NCBI GenBank assembly: GCA_020627535.1
Contig: JAHDGU010000001.1
Location: 164,670 to 228,669 of the forward strand
Direction of reading: 5' to 3'
Source of the DNA: Saprospiraceae bacterium
GTDB lineage: Bacteria; Bacteroidota; Bacteroidia; Chitinophagales; Saprospiraceae
DNA length: 64,000 nt
Positions 45,094 to 55,440 of this stretch are shown one piece after another. The notes beneath the pieces were generated by a model that searched no databases, was not told the origin of the DNA, and saw nothing but the letters and a program-made list of their open reading frames with translations. Within the stretch, counting starts at the first letter, position 1. The number at the start of each line of letters is the position of its first letter. The position numbers and the translations under genes were made by a program.

Positions 45094-45858
45094 TTATCCT
45101 CGGAGCTTTTGAATTTGGTCTGCAAAGATGGAGCTTTTTTCGGGATTGCGCAATGTGAGCTCCTGATACATTTCTATGGCTTCCTTCTTATAGCCCTGAT
45201 TCGCTAGTAGAGCCGCTAAGGCTTCACTTGCAGGAGCATTGGCGGAGGCTTCATTGCTGATTATAGCTGGCTTCGGACTTATAGACTGAGCTTCTGCTGC
45301 TTGATCCTTAGTAGGACTCTCAGTGGGTATAAGCTGCTGTAGCCAAGATACGAAGCTGTCAAGCTCCTCATCTTCTTTGCTCGGACTTCGCTCAGCATGT
45401 GCCACTTTATCCGGTATGGGACTCGTCATTGCAGCCGTCTCAGTATGGTCGGATTGAGCTTCTGATATGGCTTTTGGCGATTGATCAGACTCCTTTTGGG
45501 CAGCTGCGAGCTCCTCAGTCACTTTGGGACTCGGAGTAGCCTCGCTTTTTGTGGCATCAGTGACGATGTCAAAACCCAGCGTGCTAGCGTCAACATTGTC
45601 TGTGGGAAGGTCTTGAGAGATATCAATATGCTCGTCGATAGATATGGCCTCCAGAGGGACGACCTCTTCAAGAACTTTGTCCTGCTGCATGGATGCTATA
45701 TCATCCGCTGTCTCTGTCATCAGATGATAATAAAGCGGATTTCCACTGAGATCGGCGGCAGAGGGAAGCGTGCCTTGCTTGGCGAGTAGGGCTTTCGCCC
45801 AAATGGAATTTGACTGCTCCTTCAAGATCTTATCAGCCCACTTGTCCTTCTTATCCAT
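45094..45858 (-). CDS. Hypothetical acidic low-complexity protein with a TPR-like C-terminus
   Basis: No assignable domain. It is conserved in position between the lptE-like gene and secG. Confidence 0.45.
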   Translation of the reverse strand: MDKKDKWADKILKEQSNSIWAKALLAKQGTLPSAADLSGNPLYYHLMTETADDIASMQQDKVLEEVVPLEAISIDEHIDISQDLPTDNVDASTLGFDIVTDATKSEATPSPKVTEELAAAQKESDQSPKAISEAQSDHTETAAMTSPIPDKVAHAERSPSKEDEELDSFVSWLQQLIPTESPTKDQAAEAQSISPKPAIISNEASANAPASEALAALLANQGYKKEAIEMYQELTLRNPEKSSIFADQIQKLRG

Positions 45859-45860
45859 GT

Positions 45861-46358
45861 CTACCAGTTTGAAAAAGCCTTGTTAAAGATATCTTCTAAG
45901 ATCTGATCATACACTTCCTCGATGAGCTGATCCTCGACATCTGCTAGGTTGGTGTTGCGATCAAAGTCTGTGTAAAATGTGAAGGTATTCGTCCAGCTGT
46001 CTTCATCAATGACGTTCTCATAGTCTACTTTGACGGCGACCTCAAGACGATTGATGGCACCTCCGAGACCTTGCTGAGGAGCAACTGTCTCGACATCATA
46101 TCTCGTGATGCTACCTGTGAAAGACAGGTGAGGATCTACTTCCTGGTACTCTAGGCGTGTCTCCTGCAATAGTTTGTCCCTCAGACTTTCGCTAAAGATG
46201 ATACCGATAGTCGGTGGGGCCGAGAATGCGTCAATCTCAAATGTCCCGATGTAAAAACTCTTTACTGCAGGTGATATGCTGGTGTTCTTAAATGACACGG
46301 TGCATGATGAGAGTACAATCACGATGCTTAGGAGAAAGTATGAGAGAGGACTTCTCAT
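45861..46358 (-). CDS. Putative lipoprotein (LptE-like)
   Basis: The lipoprotein signal is MRSPLSYFLLSIVIVLSSC. The assignment rests on its position downstream of the sigma-54 activator, as in many Bacteroidetes, and is tentative. Confidence 0.4.
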   Translation of the reverse strand: MRSPLSYFLLSIVIVLSSCTVSFKNTSISPAVKSFYIGTFEIDAFSAPPTIGIIFSESLRDKLLQETRLEYQEVDPHLSFTGSITRYDVETVAPQQGLGGAINRLEVAVKVDYENVIDEDSWTNTFTFYTDFDRNTNLADVEDQLIEEVYDQILEDIFNKAFSNW

Positions 46359-46359
46359 A

Positions 46360-47631
46360 TCAAATGTTGTATTGCTTGATCTTGCGATAGAGCGTGCGCT
46401 CTGAGATACCGAGCTCGGAGGCTGCCTCTTTGCGCCTTCCCTTGTACTTGCTAAGGGCTTTTCCGATCATCTCTTTTTCCATATCTTCTAGGGACAATAT
46501 CTCCTCTACGATCTCGGCATTGCTCAAAGGCTCTGCACTGTGATCGATAGTAAATGACTCTTCTTGTCCGCCATAGAGGAGTGACTCATCCGACGAGTAG
46601 TCTGTTGCTGGCGAGCTGGCGCTGTAGTCTCGATCATTTTGCGGAAGCAGCTCCGTGATGGAGGTAATCTGCGATCCATTTTGAAATGACGGGATATCGA
46701 GATCATTCTTTTGGATCAGCCCAAAGACTAGGCCCTTGAGGTCATTGAGGTCGGACTTCATATCAAAGAGGAGTTTGTACAAGATCTCTCTTTCCTCCAT
46801 GCTTCCAGATGCCTCGCCTTGCTCTGTTTTTGCTGGCAGATTTCTTTTGAGTAAGTAAGGGAAATTGTCAAGAAGGATTTGCGCATCAATCTGCTTTTCT
46901 TCAGACAGAACGCTGAGTTGCTCTACAAGATTTTTGAGTTCACGGATATTTCCTGGCCAAGCATAGTTTTGGATCACAAGTTCCGCTCTCTCATCCAGCC
47001 GGACCGGACTTGTGTTGTACTTTTCAGCAAAGTCAGAGGCAAATTTTCTAAAGAGTACAGTGATGTCTTCTTTTCGTTCTTTGAGAGCAGGTACTTCGAT
47101 TGGCACTGTACTGAGACGGTAGTATAGATCTTCACGGAACTTGCCTTTTTTGATTTTTTCAAGCAGATCTACATTGGTCGCTGCAATGATTCGTACATCT
47201 GTCTTTTGGACTGTGCTCGAGCCGACTTTGATATACTCACCGTTTTCTAGGACTCTGAGAAGATAGGCTTGGGTGTCAAGTGGCATTTCTCCGATCTCGT
47301 CTAAGAAGATCGTCCCCTTATTTGCCACTTCGAAGTAGCCTCGCCGATCCGAGGTGGCTCCGGTAAAGGCTCCTTTTTCGTGACCAAATAACTCAGAATT
47401 GATGGTGCCAGCCGGAATCGCTCCACAATTGATTGCGATGAAGGACTCGTGCTTACGTGCGCTCTGCTGGTGAATGATCCGTGAAAAAACCTCCTTACCT
47501 ACACCGCTCTCTCCCTTGATGAGGACAGTCAGATCTGTAGGCGCCACGCGCACAGCTGTGCTCAGGGCGCGATCTAGTAGCTCAGAGTGACCGATGATGT
47601 TGTGGCGAAGTTTGACGGACTTTAGATTCAT
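46360..47631 (-). CDS. Sigma-54-dependent Fis-family transcriptional activator (no receiver domain)
   Basis: The AAA+ sigma-54 interaction domain has GESGVGKE, GAFTGA and the arginine finger. The C-terminal Fis HTH is ELGISERTLYRKIKQY. Confidence 0.9.
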   Translation of the reverse strand: MNLKSVKLRHNIIGHSELLDRALSTAVRVAPTDLTVLIKGESGVGKEVFSRIIHQQSARKHESFIAINCGAIPAGTINSELFGHEKGAFTGATSDRRGYFEVANKGTIFLDEIGEMPLDTQAYLLRVLENGEYIKVGSSTVQKTDVRIIAATNVDLLEKIKKGKFREDLYYRLSTVPIEVPALKERKEDITVLFRKFASDFAEKYNTSPVRLDERAELVIQNYAWPGNIRELKNLVEQLSVLSEEKQIDAQILLDNFPYLLKRNLPAKTEQGEASGSMEEREILYKLLFDMKSDLNDLKGLVFGLIQKNDLDIPSFQNGSQITSITELLPQNDRDYSASSPATDYSSDESLLYGGQEESFTIDHSAEPLSNAEIVEEILSLEDMEKEMIGKALSKYKGRRKEAASELGISERTLYRKIKQYNI

Positions 47632-47633
47632 AG

Positions 47634-49082
47634 CTAGGCGTGAATCTTCTCTTGTACAAATACCTCTCCGATGAGGGTGACGGAGTTGAAGTCAGTCACT
47701 TTGACATGGCAATAGTCACCTGCGCTGAGACCAGGAAGTTTTGGGAAGACGAGCATCTTGTTCTGGCTATTTCTTCCTTTGAAGTGCTGGGCACTTTTTT
47801 TGGAGTCGCCTTCTATCAATACTTTGAAGACCTTGCCAAGATCGGCCTTATTGTGCTGATAACTGACTTGTTGTTGGATTCGGATGATCTCTGCAAGTCG
47901 ACGTTTCTTTGTCTCCAAGGGGATGTCATCTTCGTACTTTCTAGCTGCAAGCGTTCCGGGTCTTTCGCTGTAGAAAAACATGTAGCTCATGCTATACTTT
48001 GACCACTCGATGATGCTCAGACTGTCTTGATGCTCTTCTTCCGTTTCACTGCAGAATCCGGCAATCATATCAGAGCTGATAGCGCAGTCAGGTAGGATGC
48101 GATAGATGGATTCAACTCTTTCCATATACCACTCCCGATCATAGGTGCGGTTCATCTTTTTGAGGATGCGGCTATTACCTGATTGCACAGGAAGGTGTAT
48201 GTACTTGCAGATATTCTCATAGGCTGCCATCGTGTGCAGCACCTGGTCTGTAATATCCTTAGGATGACTCGTGCTAAATCGCACGCGCAGCTGCGGATCT
48301 ACAAGAGCTACTCGCTCAAGGAGCTCAGCGAAGTTGACCGACTCCCCAGATTCTTCATGACTCCAGTGGTATGAATCCACATTTTGGCCAAGCAATGTGA
48401 CTTCTCTATATCCACGATCAAAGAGATCTGTTGCTTCGGCAACGATGCTGTAAGCATCACGACTCCGCTCTCTCCCTCGTGTAAAAGGGACTACACAAAA
48501 TGAGCACATATTGTCACAGCCACGCATGATACTGATAAATGCTGTGACGCCATTGCTATTGAGTCGGATGGGGGATATGTCAGCGTAGGTTTCTTCACGA
48601 CTGAGGATGACATTGATTCCTTTCTCGCCATCATCGGCTTCTGCGACGAGCTTGGGCAAATCTCGATAGGCGTCTGGTCCTACCACGATGTCTACCAATT
48701 TTTCTTCTTCTAAAAACTTCTTTTTGAGCCTTTCTGCCATGCAGCCCAGCACACCGATGATCGTTCCCGGGTGCTTCAGCTTGATCTTGTCAAATTCTCG
48801 CAGACGCTGACGCACTGTCTCCTCGGCCTTCTCTCTGATGGAGCAAGTATTGATCAAGATGAGATCCGCGATGTCCATATTACCGGTGGAGCTATAGCCG
48901 ATCTCGTGTAAGATGGAAGCAACGATCTCGCTGTCGCTAAAATTCATCTGACATCCATAGCTCTCAATGTAAAAGCGTTTTTTGCCTTCGACTCTTTCCA
49001 TATCCGAGGCATATACCTCGCCTTGTCTTTCTCCGTCGATTTGATGATCGCTGAGGCCTCGTGATTTGCTTTTCTTTAGCAT
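47634..49082 (-). CDS. miaB: tRNA-i6A37 methylthiotransferase MiaB
   Basis: The N-terminal MTTase motif is [10 protein letters not shown]. The radical-SAM motif is [10 protein letters not shown]-terminal TRAM domain is present. Confidence 0.9.
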   Translation of the reverse strand: MLKKSKSRGLSDHQIDGERQGEVYASDMERVEGKKRFYIESYGCQMNFSDSEIVASILHEIGYSSTGNMDIADLILINTCSIREKAEETVRQRLREFDKIKLKHPGTIIGVLGCMAERLKKKFLEEEKLVDIVVGPDAYRDLPKLVAEADDGEKGINVILSREETYADISPIRLNSNGVTAFISIMRGCDNMCSFCVVPFTRGRERSRDAYSIVAEATDLFDRGYREVTLLGQNVDSYHWSHEESGESVNFAELLERVALVDPQLRVRFSTSHPKDITDQVLHTMAAYENICKYIHLPVQSGNSRILKKMNRTYDREWYMERVESIYRILPDCAISSDMIAGFCSETEEEHQDSLSIIEWSKYSMSYMFFYSERPGTLAARKYEDDIPLETKKRRLAEIIRIQQQVSYQHNKADLGKVFKVLIEGDSKKSAQHFKGRNSQNKMLVFPKLPGLSAGDYCHVKVTDFNSVTLIGEVFVQEKIHA

Positions 49083-49188
49083 AGTGCAAAGGTAGGCAGG
49101 GTGACAAAATGTCATAGAGACAAACTTGCATCAATTGTCATCTTTGTTTCCCTTCTTTTGTTGAAACCAAAAATGAACAGCTAGCCAC

Positions 49189-50367
49189 TTGAAGACTCAG
49201 CTCAACTTTGAAGATTATCAGACTGCTTTTGCTCATCTGAGCGATTCAGACCTGAGAGCCGCGCATCGGTTGTTTTCCCTGATGAATCAATCATGGCTGG
49301 TCAATCTAGCCAGTCCTCTCGGATTGGCAGCCTTGCGTCTCAGAGTGCCACTGACGCGATACATGATCGAAAAGACCATGTTTCGGCAGTTTTGTGGTGG
49401 GAAGACACTAGATGGCAGCAAGCAGACCATTGCCGGATTGTGGGAAAGTAGAGTCGCCACATTACTTGATTTTGGGATGGAAGGCAAAAATCACGAAGAC
49501 GCCTTCGAAAAGACACTTGCAGAAAATCTCCGTGCCATCGAGTTCGCAGCTTCAGAGCAGTCAGTGCCGGTAGTAGTCACCAAGATCTCTGGGCTAGCAG
49601 CCAATGAGCTGCTCGAAAAGTCAGATCGAGAAGAGGAGCTAAGCGATCAAGAGCTGATCGCCTACGGCAAACTAGAGAACCGACTGCATCTACTGGCCTC
49701 CAAGGCCTCAGAACTAGGGGTGTCATTGTTTATCGATGGAGAAGAGAGTTGGATGCAGAACACGATTGACCGTCTGACAATAGATCTCATGGCGGAGTTC
49801 AACAAAGACCGCGTAGTGGTTTACAATACTTACCAGATCTACAGATGGGATAAGCTCGCTGACCTGAAGTCAGATATCGAAGAAGGGCAAAAGAAGGGAT
49901 ACAAGATCGGCGCAAAACTTGTCAGAGGAGCTTATATGGACAAGGAGCGCAAAAGAGCAGAACTGCTAGCTTATAAGAGTCCTATCCATGCCAATAAGGA
50001 AGCTGTGGATGCCGACTATGATGAGGCCTTGATCTACTGTGCGGATCGCTACGAAGATGTCGCACTCTGCTGTGCATCACACAACGCGAAGAGCAACAAG
50101 TTACTCGCAGACTACATTGTCGAAAAGAAGCTCCCCAAGGATCATCCACATCTCAATTTTTGTCAGTTACAAGGCATGAGCGATAATCTCACATTTAACC
50201 TTGCCTCACAAGGCTACAATGTCGCCAAGTACGTGGTCTATGGTCCTGTCAAAGAAGTATTCCCCTATCTCGTCAGACGTGCAAAGGAGAACAGCTCTGT
50301 CACCGGAGATGTCAGCCGAGAGCTATCAATGATCAGACATGAGATGAAGAGAAGGGATCTCTGCTAG
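49189..50367 (+). CDS. Proline dehydrogenase family protein
   Basis: The C-terminal motif YGPVKEVFPYLVRRAKENSSVTG resembles the PRODH ...L.RRA.EN.S... signature. Confidence 0.7.
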   Translation: MKTQLNFEDYQTAFAHLSDSDLRAAHRLFSLMNQSWLVNLASPLGLAALRLRVPLTRYMIEKTMFRQFCGGKTLDGSKQTIAGLWESRVATLLDFGMEGKNHEDAFEKTLAENLRAIEFAASEQSVPVVVTKISGLAANELLEKSDREEELSDQELIAYGKLENRLHLLASKASELGVSLFIDGEESWMQNTIDRLTIDLMAEFNKDRVVVYNTYQIYRWDKLADLKSDIEEGQKKGYKIGAKLVRGAYMDKERKRAELLAYKSPIHANKEAVDADYDEALIYCADRYEDVALCCASHNAKSNKLLADYIVEKKLPKDHPHLNFCQLQGMSDNLTFNLASQGYNVAKYVVYGPVKEVFPYLVRRAKENSSVTGDVSRELSMIRHEMKRRDLC

Positions 50368-50371
50368 ATTA

Positions 50372-51100
50372 CTATCTGCCAAATAAGATCAACTTATTTC
50401 GACCAGTACATGTGGTTTTGGCCAACTTTCCGAAAGCATATGTCAGTTCGATATTGAACTGAGCCGAAAGCTCCGTAGTCTTAGCGTATTCTGGATATGT
50501 CACAGATGCAGTTTCAGGAACACGAGCGCCTCGGCCATCATCGGCCACCCAATCCGTGAAAGCATAGTGAATCCTCATTCCGAGACTCAATGTCACCACG
50601 TCCGATCCAGCAAGATAAGACCCGAAGCCAAATACTCCAGAGATGTTATCTCGTAGAGCTCCAGAAATATCTATGTCTGTTTGGTTTGCAAAGTCTTGGG
50701 TGGCAGCTGAGACGATGGAGTACTTAGGGCCAAGTTCGATATAGGCACCTCGTCCGCTATATCGATACAATAGCATCAAGTCATGATTTCTCCAGTTGTA
50801 TGCGACTGGCTGATCTCCCACGACAAGATCGGATCTGAATGTAAACTCTTGGTTGGAATTGGCGAAATTGTAGAGAATATGGAAGCCAGAATACTTGCCA
50901 TTATTAATTCCCAATTTGACGCCAAATCGCTGACCACTGTTGATTTTATAGTCGAAGTCACTGTCGTTGAGGAGGTTGCTATTCAAGAGGGCCGTAGGAC
51001 CGTACGAGAAGTTCACACCTATGTCAAACCATGTAGACTGCGCATGGGCCGCCGTGCAGATTAGTCCAAGTGCCAGGAGAGTTGTTGTAATTCTTTTCAT
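50372..51100 (-). CDS. Outer-membrane beta-barrel (porin-like) protein
   Basis: The signal peptide is MKRITTTLLALGLICTAAHAQS. Amphipathic beta strands alternate through the protein, and the C-terminus is aromatic (ELTYAFG...). Confidence 0.55.
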   Translation of the reverse strand: MKRITTTLLALGLICTAAHAQSTWFDIGVNFSYGPTALLNSNLLNDSDFDYKINSGQRFGVKLGINNGKYSGFHILYNFANSNQEFTFRSDLVVGDQPVAYNWRNHDLMLLYRYSGRGAYIELGPKYSIVSAATQDFANQTDIDISGALRDNISGVFGFGSYLAGSDVVTLSLGMRIHYAFTDWVADDGRGARVPETASVTYPEYAKTTELSAQFNIELTYAFGKLAKTTCTGRNKLILFGR

Positions 51101-51163
51101 ATGATCTAAGTAGTGTTAATCATCATTTAAGACCGAAGGTATAGGCTTTTTGTTGTACTCTCG

Positions 51164-53071
51164 TCAAGGACTCATGTATTCCCATGCCGATCTGTAAGCA
51201 TTGACTGACTCAGCGAGATCGAGCAATTTGTCATAGGGGTAGTGTCTGCCAAGAGTGGAGAAGTCACCAATGACGACAAGTTTTTTCTTCGCTCTTGTCA
51301 ATGCAACATTGATCCTGCGGGCATCAGAAAGAAATCCTATCTCACCCTTGTCATTGGACCTGACGAGGCTGAGATAAATGACATCGCGCTCTTGACCTTG
51401 AAATCCATCAATACTATTGGCCGTGACATCTATGCCGCGAAAGAGATCCTCGGATTCGAGCTTTTCTCTGATCAGTTTTACTTGACTCACATAAGGGCTG
51501 ATGATTCCGATATCTTGCTCCTCGTATTTTGAGATATTTTGACGGAAGTGCTCTTCAAGGATAAAGTACTCTCCTGGATTGTGGCTACTTGTGCTATCAT
51601 AGTGCCGTGCCTCGTCAAATCCACATCCACTGGTATCGATCACCACCAAGGGTTGATCATCCAGAGAGCGCTCCGCGACAGATGTGTCAGAGACCAACTT
51701 TCCTTCATAAAACTCTCGATTGCTAAAGGCTAAGATCTGGTCATGCATACGATACTGCGTGGTCAACAAGTGACTCTTTGAGATGCGTCCCATGAGGAGA
51801 TCGAGCATCGTGACACCGAGCCCTAGCTTCTGAGCTTCAGCTGATTTGACCGTAGGAGGCAACTGTTTGTGATCTCCTGCAAGGATGATGCGCTCGGCTC
51901 GCAGCATAGCATTCCAGCTTTCTGCTTGCAGTGCCTGAGATGCTTCATCGATAACCACTGTACGAAATCTCATGTCTGACACATCTGGATGGCTCAAGCC
52001 AATGAGCGTGCTACAAATAACTTGTGCACCGTCAAGCACAGACTGCGTGATGCGCCTCTCAAGATCTCTCGCCCATTTATTGAGTTCTCGGGCTTCTTTG
52101 TGCAGCATCTTTCTTTGCTCTCGCTGACTGGGGCCGTATTTCCGTTTGAAGACCTCTGCCTGTCTCTTGGCTTCTGCCGCCTCTATTTTGATCTTTTTGA
52201 TGTGATTCCAGTCTTGGTGCCCACGGGCTCTTTCTGCCAGACTCAGTGAGATGGCACGCTCGCTGACTCTGGTGACATTTCCGACGCGTACGACATCCAG
52301 GCCGATTTCTTGGAGCCTTTCGGCCAAAAGATCCACCGCATTGTTGCTGGCCGCTGTGACCAGGATTTGCTTCTCTTGATGCGAGAGCTCTTTGATGAGC
52401 CTTGCCAGGGTAGTCGTCTTGCCAGTGCCTGGTGGTCCATGTATGATCCCTACGAGTTCGCTATCAAGCATACCTGCTATTGCCTGATTTTGGGAAGGAT
52501 TGAGTCCATAGTGTCCAGAGGATGCAGGAGCCTGTTCTTGATGAGTGATTTCATCAGTTGCTGAGTAAAGCAGTTCTCGGAGACGGGCGGCAGGTCCAGA
52601 TCGCAGAGACATGGCTGTCTCAAGAGCTTCTTTCATGACGCGATAGGGGCGCTCGTCATAGATCCGCTCTACAGATGCTCTCGTTTTCCTGGAGACTTGT
52701 TTAAGATCATAGACTTCTTTGCTAAGGATGATGCCCATAGTGTCCCTTCGGACAAATGAGACTGTGCCACTATACTGTGCTCCGTCTTGATCTAGGAAGC
52801 TCAACTGGCATCCAGTGCCTGTTTTAAAACTATGAGAGCCTTTAATGGCGGGTCTTTGGATGACCACTTCGATCGCTTCTCCCAGTGTGTAGTGTGCCTT
52901 AGTGATCTCTATCGGGTACCAAGCCATACCAGACTCGACCTTTTCCTTTAGACTCTTTTTGGCCGAAAGGCCGCGAAAATACTCGAGCTCTGCAAGCCGC
53001 TCTGCCTCAGTAGCATCGATCAACCTCTGTATAGAATCTGTCATCATGAGCTGCAAAGGTGCATGCAACAA
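51164..53071 (-). CDS. Superfamily-1 DNA/RNA helicase (DNA2/NAM7 / IGHMBP2-like AAA domain protein)
   Basis: Walker A is GPPGTGKTT, Walker B is VIDEASQ. Motifs III to VI are present (TTQYRMH, ...GFQGQERDVIYLSLVRSN). Confidence 0.8.
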   Translation of the reverse strand: MLHAPLQLMMTDSIQRLIDATEAERLAELEYFRGLSAKKSLKEKVESGMAWYPIEITKAHYTLGEAIEVVIQRPAIKGSHSFKTGTGCQLSFLDQDGAQYSGTVSFVRRDTMGIILSKEVYDLKQVSRKTRASVERIYDERPYRVMKEALETAMSLRSGPAARLRELLYSATDEITHQEQAPASSGHYGLNPSQNQAIAGMLDSELVGIIHGPPGTGKTTTLARLIKELSHQEKQILVTAASNNAVDLLAERLQEIGLDVVRVGNVTRVSERAISLSLAERARGHQDWNHIKKIKIEAAEAKRQAEVFKRKYGPSQREQRKMLHKEARELNKWARDLERRITQSVLDGAQVICSTLIGLSHPDVSDMRFRTVVIDEASQALQAESWNAMLRAERIILAGDHKQLPPTVKSAEAQKLGLGVTMLDLLMGRISKSHLLTTQYRMHDQILAFSNREFYEGKLVSDTSVAERSLDDQPLVVIDTSGCGFDEARHYDSTSSHNPGEYFILEEHFRQNISKYEEQDIGIISPYVSQVKLIREKLESEDLFRGIDVTANSIDGFQGQERDVIYLSLVRSNDKGEIGFLSDARRINVALTRAKKKLVVIGDFSTLGRHYPYDKLLDLAESVNAYRSAWEYMSP

Positions 53072-53206
53072 TCGTCAGTATTTAGTCAATCTTCCCAACA
53101 TATACAAGTATTTTTTAATATGTAAGGAATTAATCTGAAATTTGTCTTAAGAAAGTAAGATCTAGCAAACACGGCACGTTACAGCCACATATAAATCGAA
53201 AAACTC

Positions 53207-53908
53207 ATGTATTCTCTCTTCTTTTCTCTCTTTCAAGACGCCACTCCCACACAAGAAGAAGGTGGATTGGCATTTGTCAGTTTATTCCAAATTATCAAGG
53301 ATAGTGGAATCCTTGGTCAGATCATCATTGCCATATTGTTCGTACTGCTTTTGATAGCTCTCTACATCTTCATCGAAAGATATCTCACGATTAAGAAGGC
53401 GGGCAGAATCGATCAGACATTCATGAATCAAATCAGGACAAGTGTGCTCGCGGGCAACATCAAGCATGCAGAAGGCCTCTGTGCTGATGAGGATTCACCG
53501 ATTGCGCGACTTGTAGAGAAAGGAATTCAAAGAATCGGCAAACCGCTAAGAGACATTGATGCAGCTATTGAGAATGTCGGTAATCTTGAGCTCTTCAAAC
53601 TGGAGAAGAGATTGTCCACCTTGGCCAGTATCGCAGGAGCAGCACCTATGATCGGCTTCTTCGGGACGGTCACGGGTATGATCCTTGCATTCTTCCGGAT
53701 GTCTACAGAGCAAAATGTCACGCCACAGGTCCTAGCGGGTGGTATCTTTCAAGCGCTACTGACCACAGCCGCTGGTCTACTCATAGGTATTGTCGCCTTC
53801 ATAGGATACAATTTACTTGTGGCCAATGTCGAGAAGGTCGTCTTTAAGATGGAACGCTCGACGATGGAGTTTATGGATCTCCTGCAGGAGCCCTCTTCAA
53901 AGTCATAG
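53207..53908 (+). CDS. exbB: MotA/TolQ/ExbB proton-channel family protein
   Basis: Three transmembrane segments. The conserved region reads LASIAGAAPMIGFFGTVTGMI. Confidence 0.85.
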   Translation: MYSLFFSLFQDATPTQEEGGLAFVSLFQIIKDSGILGQIIIAILFVLLLIALYIFIERYLTIKKAGRIDQTFMNQIRTSVLAGNIKHAEGLCADEDSPIARLVEKGIQRIGKPLRDIDAAIENVGNLELFKLEKRLSTLASIAGAAPMIGFFGTVTGMILAFFRMSTEQNVTPQVLAGGIFQALLTTAAGLLIGIVAFIGYNLLVANVEKVVFKMERSTMEFMDLLQEPSSKS

Positions 53909-53941
53909 ATCAATCAATCACCAAATCATAAATCGTAAGCC

Positions 53942-54337
53942 ATGGGATTGAAAAAAAGAAATAAAGTCAGTGCAGAGTTCTCGATGTCCTCATTGACTGA
54001 TATCATTTTCCTACTTCTGATTTTCTTCATGTTGACCTCGACGCTCGTGAGTCAAAATGCGCTCAATCTGAAACTGCCAAGTTCTAGTAGCAAAACAGTC
54101 GCTCCTCAGTCCATCGCTGTATCAATCCAAAAGAATGGCCGATACTATCTCAATGGTACCAGGACATCATATGCCAATCTCAAGACCGCTATCAGAAACA
54201 AAGCTCGATCAGAGCCCAATGCGTCTATCACAATTTTGTCAGAGCTTGGCACACCGATCGAGTATGTCGTACAAGTGATGGATATCGCCAATCAGCTCAA
54301 GATTAGTGCCATCTTGGCTACCGAGCCAGTGAAGTGA
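53942..54337 (+). CDS. exbD: ExbD/TolR biopolymer transport protein
   Basis: The N-terminal MSSLTDIIFLLLIFFMLTS and a C-terminal periplasmic domain are present. Confidence 0.85.
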   Translation: MGLKKRNKVSAEFSMSSLTDIIFLLLIFFMLTSTLVSQNALNLKLPSSSSKTVAPQSIAVSIQKNGRYYLNGTRTSYANLKTAIRNKARSEPNASITILSELGTPIEYVVQVMDIANQLKISAILATEPVK

Positions 54338-54411
54338 CCCACCTGTTAAAGATTGAATAAGAGACTTGACAATCTAGCCGTCAGAGGGTAGATTCATACC
54401 AACTACAGATC

Positions 54412-55431
54412 ATGTATACAGATATACTCATATACGAAGAGAAGCACAAGAAGATCGCACGGGTGATCACTGGAATCATTGGCGTCCTCTTGTTGCTATT
54501 TCTTTTTTTGAGGATGATGAGTTATCCTGACCCTCCACTGGAGCAAGAAGGCGTACTTGTGAGTTTTGGGGAGCCAGACAAGGGTAGCGGTCAATCCATG
54601 CCAGATACGCAGCAAGATGAGCCAGTAGAAGAAACCGGTGCCGAAGAAGAGGAAGCCGAGGCAGAAGCTGTCGAAGAGGTCGTCGAAGAAGTGCCAGAAG
54701 AGACAGTAGAAGAAGTCGTTGAGGAAACTGTGGATGCCTCTCCTCCAGAAGAATCAACGCCTACAGAAAGCTCTGAAAAAGAAGTCGTGACCCAAGAAGA
54801 TCCGGCTGAGGTCGCTATGAAAAAAGCAGAGGAGGAAGCCAAGAAGCGAGCACAAGAACAAGCCGAGAAAGAAGCACGAGAAGAAGCAGAACGTGAGGCA
54901 AGAGAAGAGGCTGAGAAAAAAGCAGCCGAGGAAGCCAAGCGGAAAGCGGAGGCCGAAGCCAAGCGAAAGGCAGAAGAGGAGGCCAAGCGTAAAGCCGAAC
55001 AAGAGGCAAAGGAAAAAGCAGAGTACGATGCCAAAAAGAAGCAGTACGGAGATCTCTTTGGCGATGGTAAAGGCGAGACAGACACAGATGGTAATCAAGG
55101 AGACCCTAATGGAGATCCCAATAGCGATATCCTAGAAGGAATCAGCACTGGAAGTGGTAAAGTCGGTGGTGGGCTCTCTGACCGAGGACTCAAATATGAG
55201 CCAGAAGTCAGCGACAATACGCAGAAAACCGGTAAAGTTGTCATGAAAGTCTGTGTAGGTGCCAATGGCAAGGTGATCCCTTCAAGTGTGCAGTACACCC
55301 AGCGTGGTAGCACCACAACAGATTCTCACCTCATCGAGCTGGCCAGAAAGAACGCTCTCAAGTTTGAGTTTGATGGCAGCACGATTGACAAGCAGTGCGG
55401 GACAATTACCTTTGATTTCAAGGTGCAGTAG
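54412..55431 (+). CDS. TonB-like energy transducer with a long charged E/K/A low-complexity linker
   Basis: An N-terminal transmembrane segment is followed by an EEAKKRAQEQAEKEAREEAE... linker and a C-terminal domain resembling TonB_C (GKVVMKVCVGANGKVIPSSVQYTQ...ALKFEFD). It follows exbB-exbD. Confidence 0.55.
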   Translation: MYTDILIYEEKHKKIARVITGIIGVLLLLFLFLRMMSYPDPPLEQEGVLVSFGEPDKGSGQSMPDTQQDEPVEETGAEEEEAEAEAVEEVVEEVPEETVEEVVEETVDASPPEESTPTESSEKEVVTQEDPAEVAMKKAEEEAKKRAQEQAEKEAREEAEREAREEAEKKAAEEAKRKAEAEAKRKAEEEAKRKAEQEAKEKAEYDAKKKQYGDLFGDGKGETDTDGNQGDPNGDPNSDILEGISTGSGKVGGGLSDRGLKYEPEVSDNTQKTGKVVMKVCVGANGKVIPSSVQYTQRGSTTTDSHLIELARKNALKFEFDGSTIDKQCGTITFDFKVQ

Positions 55432-55440
55432 CGATAGGCG

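Noticed and set aside
54476-55316. Minus-strand ORFs (93-164 aa) inside the tonB-like gene, and similar antisense ORFs in the flotillin gene (31787-32583)
   Set aside because: These are artefacts of GA/GC-rich low-complexity coding repeats (EAKRKAEEEAK... and AEIGEA...). The sense-strand genes have clear domain signatures.
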